A stretch of DNA of 64,000 nucleotides from Candidatus Goldiibacteriota bacterium (lineage in GTDB: Bacteria > Oederibacteriota > PGYV01 > DSYL01): NCBI GenBank assembly GCA_018000835.1, contig JAGNJD010000006.1, forward strand, positions 52-64,051, written 5' to 3'. Made by a program: the position numbers and the translations under genes. The notes under the pieces were generated by a model. It was not told where the DNA came from. It saw only the letters and a program-made list of their open reading frames with translations, and searched no databases. Below, piece after piece: positions 10,115 through 17,375 of the stretch. The first letter of the stretch is position 1. Each line of letters starts with the position of its first letter.

Positions 10115-10651
10115 ATGAAAAAAATTACAACGCCACTAACGATGGATATCATAGAAGATCTGGAGGCAGGCGACGAAGTTTACATATCAGGAAAAATTTA
10201 TACCATGCGCGACGCTGCACACCAGAAAATATACGACATGATACAGAAAAAAGAAAAACTGCCTTTTGATTTAAAAAATCAGGTAATTTATTATTGCGGT
10301 CCCACTCCTGCAAAGGATGGTAACGTAATAGGGGCCTGTGGGCCTACGACGTCGTCAAGAATGGATAAATATACTCCTCTTTTGTTAAAAAACGGATTAA
10401 AGGGAATGATAGGGAAAGGTGAGCGTTCTGTGGAAGTAAAAGATGCAATAAAAAAATACAAAGCAGTTTATTTTGCAGCGCTTGGCGGGCTTGGCGCCCT
10501 ATATGCAGACAATGTAAAAAATGCAAAGGTCATTGCTTTCCCGGAACTCGGGCCTGAGGCTGTTTACGAAATGGACGTGGAAGATTTCTATGCCATAGTG
10601 ATAAACGACGCACACGGCAACGATTATTACGTAATGAATCGGTATAATTAA
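10115..10651 (+). CDS. Class I (Fe-S) fumarate hydratase, beta subunit
   Basis: GPTTSSRMD and GKGERS motifs. 178 aa. Confidence 0.9.
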   Translation: MKKITTPLTMDIIEDLEAGDEVYISGKIYTMRDAAHQKIYDMIQKKEKLPFDLKNQVIYYCGPTPAKDGNVIGACGPTTSSRMDKYTPLLLKNGLKGMIGKGERSVEVKDAIKKYKAVYFAALGGLGALYADNVKNAKVIAFPELGPEAVYEMDVEDFYAIVINDAHGNDYYVMNRYN

Positions 10652-10663
10652 TGTTTTAATACG

Positions 10664-11085
10664 GCAGGGGGAGATTTTATTTTTATCAAAAAAATTCTCC
10701 CTCTTTGAAAAAGAGGGGCCAGGGGAGATTTTATCCTTTCAAAAAAATTTCCCCTCTTTGGAAAAGAGGGGCCAGGGGAGATTTTATCCTTTCAAATCCC
10801 CATTCATCCCACTTTTACAAAGGAAAAAAAAAGAAGACAAATCCCCCTTTGTCCCCCTTTTTCTAAGGGGGATAAAAAAATTCCCCTCTTTGAAAAAGAG
10901 GGGCCAGGGGAGATTTTATTCTTTCAAATCCCCATTCATCCCACTTTTACAAAGGGAAAAAAAAGAAGACAAATCCCCCTCTTTCCCCCTTTTTCTACGG
11001 GGGGATAAAAAATAATTTCCCCTCTTTGGAAAAGAGGGGTTAGGGGAGATTTTATTCTTTCAAAATAATTTCCCCCTTTAATTTT
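10664..11085. repeat. Nested tandem repeat of GC-rich hairpin units (four A units of about 49 bp, two B units of about 83 bp, plus partial copies)
   Basis: A units lie at about 10695-10743, 10748-10796, 10880-10928 and 11016-11064. Each contains CCCCTCTT-TGRAA-AAGAGGGG followed by CCAGGGGAGATTTTAT. B units lie at about 10797-10879 and 10929-11015 and contain CCCCCTTTTTCTAAGGGGG. The period is about 132-136 bp. Confidence 0.9.
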
Positions 11086-11587
11086 TTTTCTTTCCGTTAA
11101 AAAACAAAATTAATACAAAAATCAGTATTGATGGTATCTCAAACCAGATAATTATGGATTGCCAGTAAGTCGGCACGTTGTTTAGTGGTTTCATTGCCTG
11201 GCAGAAAACGTCCCAGTGTATCCACGCCCATGAAGGGTCAAACGGATAAAGCATTTTTATTCCTTCCAGGCTGAGCATGTCCATAGGCCAGTGGCCAATA
11301 ACTGCACCAAGGAAAAACCATAGCACAAATGCTCCTTTTTTTGTAATAAAAAAAACTATCAGACACATAATCAATATTGCGAATATACCATGAGTTAAAT
11401 AACGGCAGACGTTGTAAAACTCATAAAAACTGTAATCAAAGAAAAAATATGCGGGAAGAAAAAACATAAACACGTCCACTGCGGCTGCACCTACTGCAAA
11501 CCAGAAAACATCAATTTTCATTTTTGTTTTCGTTAACACATATCCTACGTCATAAGCAATTGCTGCATGAAATAACGGGTCGGGCAT
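11078..11587 (-). CDS. Integral membrane protein (possibly DUF457 / YdjM-like metal-dependent hydrolase)
   Basis: Strong SD AAGGAGG 7 nt before the ATG. 169 aa with 4-5 TM segments and conserved-looking His residues. The family call is tentative. Confidence 0.45.
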   Translation of the reverse strand: MPDPLFHAAIAYDVGYVLTKTKMKIDVFWFAVGAAAVDVFMFFLPAYFFFDYSFYEFYNVCRYLTHGIFAILIMCLIVFFITKKGAFVLWFFLGAVIGHWPMDMLSLEGIKMLYPFDPSWAWIHWDVFCQAMKPLNNVPTYWQSIIIWFEIPSILIFVLILFFNGKKKN

Positions 11588-11701
11588 AGTTTATCCTCCT
11601 TTATGAGGCAAAAAAACTAAAAAATTATCTCATTTTTGCACTTTGCATTTTACATTTGAAACATTGCTTCTGAAAAAATTGTGCTCCGGTAAAATCGTTT
11701 T

Positions 11702-12220
11702 TTATCTTCTGCCCCATCTTTCTTCGCTGTCTTTTAGACGCTTCATTTTATACGAACCAAGAATTTCATTTATATGCTTTTCTTTCCCTGCATCAAACCA
11801 AACAGCCCCACATTTTTCACATACGTCAACCGTCATGTTCGTAAATTTTGTCTCTATCATTTTTTTCCTGCAAAACGGGCATATTAAAAACGGAGGTTTT
11901 TCGCGTGGTTCAAAGTATGGCGGCCGGACATGCTCTTTTACAAGTTCCGACCTTATGAGTTTTTTTGGCTCCATTGGCTGTAATTTCATCATGGTTTCTT
12001 TTGAAATCGCTGTTCCTTCGCATTCTTCACAATGATAAACGCTATGACCGTTTATCTTTGCAGGATAAATGGGAATTTTACATACGGGACAATCAGGAAG
12101 ACGTCGCAGGTCCAGGACTGCATCTGCAGCCGTTGACTGCCTGCAAATTGGGCATACTCCTGTATTTTTATCAATGAATTCCCCGCAAAATCTGCATTGT
12201 TTCTGGTTGTTATTCTGCAT
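11702..12220 (-). CDS. Multi zinc-ribbon protein (N-terminal CxxC ribbon plus two zf-TFIIB-like modules)
   Basis: CRFCGE..CPIC; CPVCKIP...HCEECEG; CPFCRKKM...VCEKCGAVWFDAGKE. Confidence 0.6.
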   Translation of the reverse strand: MQNNNQKQCRFCGEFIDKNTGVCPICRQSTAADAVLDLRRLPDCPVCKIPIYPAKINGHSVYHCEECEGTAISKETMMKLQPMEPKKLIRSELVKEHVRPPYFEPREKPPFLICPFCRKKMIETKFTNMTVDVCEKCGAVWFDAGKEKHINEILGSYKMKRLKDSEERWGRR

Positions 12221-12287
12221 TATTGTCAGTCCTCTTTTTTAAATTTATTATTTCATACTGCGTATGATATCCGGCATTTTGCATTTT

Positions 12288-13214
12288 TTATTTCAGTAGT
12301 CCCGCAACTATCAAATCCACTGCTTCATCTTCTGTCAATCCGCGGGAAAGCAACGTTTCAAGTTGTTTTGAATCAACTGAGCCAATCGCTGCTTCATGAG
12401 TTACGTGTGCACGTGAATTATTTACCTGCACGACCGGGACTGCCCTTGCAGTTGCTCTACCCTGCACTATTTCCTTACAATCAACATGCCCACGTGAAAA
12501 AGCAGCATCTGCAATGATTTCATTTTCTATGTTTGCACTGGCATCATCCTTTAATGCTACGTGACTCGTTAAAACGCCGACTGAACGCTCGCCAACAAGA
12601 TGCGTTGCTTCTTTTATGTGTATTTTATCCCTTAACCTTCCAAAAATCCTTGCTTTCATGTCAACCGTTGCATCGCTTTTAACCTCTGCACTGTAATCAA
12701 GTTCCACTATTCCGGCAGCGCCTTTTATCAGTTCAAACTCCGTTGAATAACGCGCATTTTCATCAACATAAACTTTTGTTATAGGAACGATAGTAACCCC
12801 GCCTTCCGGGCCATGCGTATGCCTTTCAAAATATTTTAACGACGCCCCCTTCTCAAGAGTAATTACCGCATCCATCAGGTGTTGGATGTTTTTTGCGTTT
12901 GGGAAAGTGCAGTTTGCAATGAAACTCGCAGAAGCATTTTCTTCTATTGTCGTATTTATTTTTAATTTCTGGATGCCGTTTTCAGGAATCAGGCCAAAAC
13001 AAAATCGCACGGGATTTTTTATTATCGTTCCCTTTTTTACCCTTATCCTTATGTTTACTCCGTCTTCAAAACTATTGGACTCTACGAGCAAACCGTCAAC
13101 AAGATGCGCGCCAAGTACCTGATTCCCGTGTATTTCAACGTGTGCAATGTCTGGTCCCATTTTATGCATTCCAATGGAATCCAGAAGTTCTGTCAAAATT
13201 TTGTCGTTATCCAT
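12288..13214 (-). CDS. sufB: SufB/SufD-family Fe-S cluster scaffold (short, 308 aa)
   Basis: C-terminal block ARAVPVVQVNNSRAHVTHEAAIGSVDSKQLETLLSRGLTEDEAVDLIV is typical of SufB/D. It sits directly downstream of sufC. Confidence 0.85.
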   Translation of the reverse strand: MDNDKILTELLDSIGMHKMGPDIAHVEIHGNQVLGAHLVDGLLVESNSFEDGVNIRIRVKKGTIIKNPVRFCFGLIPENGIQKLKINTTIEENASASFIANCTFPNAKNIQHLMDAVITLEKGASLKYFERHTHGPEGGVTIVPITKVYVDENARYSTEFELIKGAAGIVELDYSAEVKSDATVDMKARIFGRLRDKIHIKEATHLVGERSVGVLTSHVALKDDASANIENEIIADAAFSRGHVDCKEIVQGRATARAVPVVQVNNSRAHVTHEAAIGSVDSKQLETLLSRGLTEDEAVDLIVAGLLK

Positions 13215-13251
13215 GTCTTTCCTTTCTTTTTATTATTTATTCACACCTGAT

Positions 13252-13989
13252 TTATCTGTTTGTCCGTTCCAGTTCCGGTTTGCCAATATGGTCGCATGGG
13301 GCACATTTGCCGGTAAAATAATTCAGCAATTTCTTGATTTCACCTTTACACACCAGTTTTCCGGCACATATCAAAAATGCATGCTCTCCCTGTTTCAAAA
13401 CTTCCGGGCTGTGTGTTACGAGAATTATCGTAGTTCCGTTCTTTTTAAAATCCTTTATAATGTCAAAAATATATCTGACTGAATCAATGTCAACTCCACT
13501 GTCCGGCTCATCCATACAGACGAGGCGCGGCTTCATTGCATAGATTGATGCGAGTTCTATTCTTTTTCTTTCACCACCGGATAACGTTTTGTCAACTGCA
13601 CGCTGCCTGTATTTTGCAGGTTCAAGACCGACTTTTAACAACGCTTCATTAACCACTTCCGATTTTTTTTCCTTAACGCCCGCAAGAATAAAATCGTCGA
13701 CCGGCAGCCCCTCAAAACGCGCCGGTTCCTGAAAAACGAGCGTTATGCCAAGCCTGGCTCTTTCGTCTACGGATAAATTTTTTATTGACCTGCCTTCATA
13801 TAATATATCTCCGGAAAAATCCCTGTAACCGGAAAGTCCCATTATTGTATTTGCAAGCGTTGATTTTCCGGCACCATTCGGACCCACAATTGCATGGACA
13901 TAACCACCCCATATTTCCATATTAATATTGTCAAGTAAAGTTCTGCCTTCCTTTACAATGGTTAAATCCTTTAATTCGAGGATGTTCAT
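13252..13989 (-). CDS. sufC: SufC-type Fe-S assembly ATPase
   Basis: GPNGAGKST Walker A, LSGGERKR signature, CMDEPDSGVD Walker B. The C-terminus is unusually Cys-rich (CAGKLVC...CAPC). Confidence 0.9.
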   Translation of the reverse strand: MNILELKDLTIVKEGRTLLDNINMEIWGGYVHAIVGPNGAGKSTLANTIMGLSGYRDFSGDILYEGRSIKNLSVDERARLGITLVFQEPARFEGLPVDDFILAGVKEKKSEVVNEALLKVGLEPAKYRQRAVDKTLSGGERKRIELASIYAMKPRLVCMDEPDSGVDIDSVRYIFDIIKDFKKNGTTIILVTHSPEVLKQGEHAFLICAGKLVCKGEIKKLLNYFTGKCAPCDHIGKPELERTNR

Positions 13990-14164
13990 TTGTTATCTCC
14001 TTATAGATAAACAGGTTTACAAAAAATTATCTTTGTATAATTGTAATTTTACGTCAGCAACCTATTGGAATGAATTTACGCTCTAAATTTTTATACATGC
14101 TATTGTATCATAAATTGTCTGCAAATTCATTATTATATTGTTTTTACGTCTAAAAAGGTTGCGG

Positions 14165-14590
14165 TCATTTATCTCGCCGTGCAAAAATTATATTTTTTAC
14201 ATATTTTAAACACAAAAGCAATACAAAAACCGACACTAAAATGACCGATGCCGATGGTTTAAAAAATATTCCAATGATGGCTAATGCAAATCCTATGGCA
14301 TGGAAAATGATAAAAAATATATGCAAAAACAAAAGAATAAATGGATTTTCAATTTTGAATTCGTTTTCTTTTGATTTCAGAAAACTATAAATAAGAATAT
14401 ATAGTATAAGCCATGCATCTATAAAAAATTCAATGGACGGTCTTGTAAAAAACTCAATGACACAAAAAGCAAAGAAAAAAGCAATAAAACCGATCAAAAA
14501 GATTGATGATAAAAATTTAATAAAAGGATTATTTATAAAATTATTGAAGGGATTCAGGTCGGAAGGTTTTAGTCCCAAGGTTTCTAACAC
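14165..14590 (-). CDS. Hypothetical small membrane protein
   Basis: 141 aa, four hydrophobic segments. GTG start with a poor SD. Confidence 0.4.
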   Translation of the reverse strand: MLETLGLKPSDLNPFNNFINNPFIKFLSSIFLIGFIAFFFAFCVIEFFTRPSIEFFIDAWLILYILIYSFLKSKENEFKIENPFILLFLHIFFIIFHAIGFALAIIGIFFKPSASVILVSVFVLLLCLKYVKNIIFARRDK

Positions 14591-14819
14591 CTTCTTTCTG
14601 TAATTAATAACGGTTTAAAATATTATTTATCAATTTTTAAAAATCCATAAATTCTTCGGCTGCAAAATTATAGTCCGGGAATAATCTCCCATTTATTTTT
14701 CCGTCTTTTAGTCGTTGTTTTATTCTTTGCCTTCGTTGTTATATTATATCACGTAAAATAATCCATGCAATAAAAAATGCCCTGCGTTATATATTGCATT
14801 AAATAAAAACACAGGGCCT

Positions 14820-15745
14820 TTGTGTTTTGCTTATCTCTTATTTTTATAAATTTTCCAATACTTTTTTTATGGTTAAAGGATTTGGGTCGTCTATGTCGAC
14901 CGAACTCCATGCGTCCATCATGTATTTTTCTATATATTCATAAGGGAGATATCCATATCCCCCATCTCCCCAGTAGGTCCCCCACGAATTTTTAAATTTT
15001 AAAAATCCGGTTTTATCGTCATACCCTACCGGACAAATCGCATGGCCGCCAAGGGTTCTTTCTCCCCTTTTTGGCATTTTTACCCTGCCATCTTTCGTTT
15101 CCATCATGCCATTAAATACGTAAACTCCTATGACGCACGGTCCCCTCGTTGCAAGGGCCATTTTTAATTCATTCAAATCGAGAATTCTCGCATAGGTTTT
15201 TATCCTGAACTTTTTTGCGTCATTTTGGGCACCTTTTTGCGGTTTGTCTTTCTGGTGCGGCTTGTATTTCCAGTATTTTTCCCTGCATACGCCGGATTTT
15301 TCCAAAACTTTTACCGCAACTCTTATGCTCGTTCCTTCCGTATCCGGCATGCCGTCAATCTTTTTACATTCGTTGTATAAAAATCGCGGGGATAATTCAA
15401 CGAGTTTTCCATAGTCAATTTTTTCCTGGTATTCTTTCATGCCAACGGTCGTTGCAAAGCCAACGCACGTTCCTTCGTCTCCCTGGTTGCGAACAGGAGT
15501 CATTTTTTTCGTGTAGTCGGTTTTTACGAGAAGTTTTACGACGGGAAGATAAACGCGCATAAGATAATCACGTTTGTCTTTTTTATCTTTTATACAGCCG
15601 GTTTTAAATCTCATATTGCCCCTCCATATTTTATTTTTAACATTTTAATCCATTATTTTGCCGTTGTAAAGAAATTTTTTATGTTGGTCTGGAATAAGGA
15701 TAAAACATGCTCCTATCCGGTAATGTTTTTATGCATTCATAACCA
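14820..15745. repeat. Direct repeat copy 1 (C1 peptidase gene plus flanks)
   Basis: Offset is exactly 2556 bp from copy 2. I see only 2 mismatches (14870 T/C, 15689 C/T) across 14824-15713. Identity decays with an indel beyond 15713. Confidence 0.9.
14844..15614 (-). CDS. Papain-like (C1 family) cysteine peptidase, copy 1
   Basis: NQGDEGTCVGFA (catalytic Cys), GGHAICPVGYDD (His), FKNSWGTYWGDGGYGYL (Asn-Ser-Trp). SD GGAGGGG. No obvious signal peptide. Confidence 0.85.
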   Translation of the reverse strand: MRFKTGCIKDKKDKRDYLMRVYLPVVKLLVKTDYTKKMTPVRNQGDEGTCVGFATTVGMKEYQEKIDYGKLVELSPRFLYNECKKIDGMPDTEGTSIRVAVKVLEKSGVCREKYWKYKPHQKDKPQKGAQNDAKKFRIKTYARILDLNELKMALATRGPCVIGVYVFNGMMETKDGRVKMPKRGERTLGGHAICPVGYDDKTGFLKFKNSWGTYWGDGGYGYLPYEYIEKYMMDAWSSVDIDDPNPLTIKKVLENL

Positions 15746-15807
15746 TGCTTTATAAACTCATGTCCGGTAAAAAAAATATGGATTTCATATAATTTTTTAT
15801 TTGGTGG

Positions 15808-16225
15808 ATATCAACTACAATGGAAGGATTGATTATATTTTCTGGAGAATTCATTGCAATAAGTTACATGAAGCAGTATAAGGACAAGCATTACCGTGAG
15901 ACATGGGAATAATGGCAAATAAAGGGTGCTTGCGTAAGCCACGCAAAGCAGGTAAACTAAAACCTGATGGAAATAAGCAGACAATTTATTGGAATAACAT
16001 TCAAGGAACAACAAACTTTAGTTTGATGTTAAATGAATGCGAATATAAATCAAAATTTTATCTACTTTGCCAGGAGGGTTCCAGGGTCGCTGCGGAATAT
16101 CACTGGTATTCCTTGTCCCTTGGTCAATCAACGAAGTCCAGTTGATAAAATTATACGAGACAATGTTGATTGATTTTTTTTATAATTACGAAAAAAATGC
16201 AACAATCCTTCCATTAAGTTTACCT
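15808..16225 (+). mobile_element. MITE-like mosaic element, locus A (TIR-X-Y-TIR)
   Basis: AATGGAAGGATTG at 15819-15831 faces CGAAAAAAATGCAACAATCCTTCCATT at 16189-16215. The interior is homologous to the reverse complement of 62207-62610. No intact ORF is conserved between copies. Confidence 0.6.
16033..16181 (+). ncRNA. Candidate structured RNA / terminator module (module Y, copy A)
   Basis: The nested helix CCAGGG..GGAATA-loop-TATTCC..CCCTTGG is followed by a long hairpin, TCAATCAAC...GTTGATTGA, and a T8 run. The 76-nt core is about 73/76 identical to the copy at 62.5 kb, whereas the flanks are only about 75-80% identical. Confidence 0.3.
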
Positions 16226-16285
16226 GACAGTAAAAAGCATTAATGCCATTGCAAATAATAAAACGTTTTTTGTTTTATCTTTGAA
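16226..16285 (-). pseudogene. Dead 5' fragment of an LRR-protein gene paralogue
   Basis: About 55/57 nt identical to 17266-17321 (start codon plus signal peptide of the intact LRR gene). It has ATG mutated to ATA and a 1-nt deletion. Homology ends where element A begins. Confidence 0.65.
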
Positions 16286-16302
16286 CTCAATTTTAATAAT
16301 AA

Positions 16303-17319
16303 TTAATAAATAACATTAGCTCCAATACTTATTAAGTATGGTATATCAATGCTTTTTGCCTTGTCGCTTAAAGGATTATTTTGCAGATAAATAGAATCCC
16401 ATTTATCAACAAGTCCACCAGCATTACAATTTTCAACAAGTGCATTTATATCACTTATCTGATTATTGTTAAGATTAAGATATATCAAACCTGTTAATCC
16501 GCTTAATGCATTTATGTCACTTATCTGATTATAAGAAAGATTAAAATTTCCCAGACTCATTAATCCGCTTAATTCGTTTATATTATTTATTTGGTTATTG
16601 TCAAGATAAAAAATCTTTAAATTTTCAAATCCATTTGATGCATTTATATTTACATTGCTTATCTGATTATTGGTAAGATAAAGAATTTCCAAATTCGTTA
16701 ATCCATTTAACGTACTTATATCACTTATCTGGTTAGAAGTAAGATTTAGTCGTAACAAATTCGTTAATCCACTTAGCGGGCTTACATCGCTTATATTATT
16801 GTTAGCAATATCAAGTTCTCTCAAATACGTCAATTTATTTAACACGCTTATATCGCTTATTTTGTTATTTTCCAGATAAAGACTTTCTAAATTCGTTAAT
16901 CCACTTAATGCGTTTATATTGCTTATCTGATTATCATAAAGTATAAGATACCATAAATTTGTGCAATACTCTATCCCTGATAAATTGGTAATATTTGAAT
17001 TATTAGCAAAAAGATAGCCTATGGTTTCACAATCACTTTTATATATTGGCCCTTCTGGTTTTCCTATTGCTTCTCTTATTTTTTTCTCCAGATTCGCATC
17101 TGCAAACGTTACTATTTCATCAATTACTGTCGTACTCGTCTGCGTTGGCGTATAAGACGGGCTTACCATTGCCTGCGTTGGCGTCATTGTTATTGTATTT
17201 GTTACCACTGCTTTCTTCTTTGAAAATGGCGACGTTGGAGTAACGTATTTTCTGCAATTTGTTACGACAGTAAAAAGCATTAATGCCATTACAAATAATA
17301 AAACGTTTTTTTGTTTCAT
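16303..17319 (-). CDS. Secreted internalin-type leucine-rich-repeat protein
   Basis: N-terminal signal peptide MKQKNVLLFVMALMLFTVVTNC. About nine 22-residue repeats of LSGLTNLxxLxLxxNQISDIxx. SD AGGGAGG. Confidence 0.85.
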   Translation of the reverse strand: MKQKNVLLFVMALMLFTVVTNCRKYVTPTSPFSKKKAVVTNTITMTPTQAMVSPSYTPTQTSTTVIDEIVTFADANLEKKIREAIGKPEGPIYKSDCETIGYLFANNSNITNLSGIEYCTNLWYLILYDNQISNINALSGLTNLESLYLENNKISDISVLNKLTYLRELDIANNNISDVSPLSGLTNLLRLNLTSNQISDISTLNGLTNLEILYLTNNQISNVNINASNGFENLKIFYLDNNQINNINELSGLMSLGNFNLSYNQISDINALSGLTGLIYLNLNNNQISDINALVENCNAGGLVDKWDSIYLQNNPLSDKAKSIDIPYLISIGANVIY

Positions 17320-17375
17320 CTATTACCTCCCTTTTTATTAATTTTTCATTTTTTAATATGTTATCACATCACACT

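Noticed and set aside
10758-11015. Track ORF of 85 aa (MEKRGQGRFYPFKSPFIPLLQRKKKEDKSPF...)
   Set aside because: Its internally repetitive protein sequence is simply the translation of the A/B hairpin tandem repeat. It has no SD and overlaps palindromes, so it was treated as non-coding.
10664-11085. Possible CRISPR array
   Set aside because: The sequences between the 49-bp units are themselves repeated (unit B occurs twice) or absent (units A1 and A2 are nearly adjacent). There are therefore no unique spacers. No cas genes are present in the window.
14775-14822. Terminator downstream of peptidase copy 1 (GCCCTG ... CAGGGC)
   Set aside because: It has only a 6-bp stem with a loop of about 30 nt. 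The U-tract is present on the minus strand, but the structure is too weak to call.
15811-16014. Track ORFs 15811..16014(-) and 62184..62372(+) as a conserved small-protein family
   Set aside because: The two loci are homologous at the DNA level, but the alignment needs non-triplet indels (for example 27 versus 25 nt around GGGAATAATGGCAAATAAAGGGTG). Substitutions are not codon-biased, and there is no SD. The shared peptide similarity is a by-product of DNA similarity.
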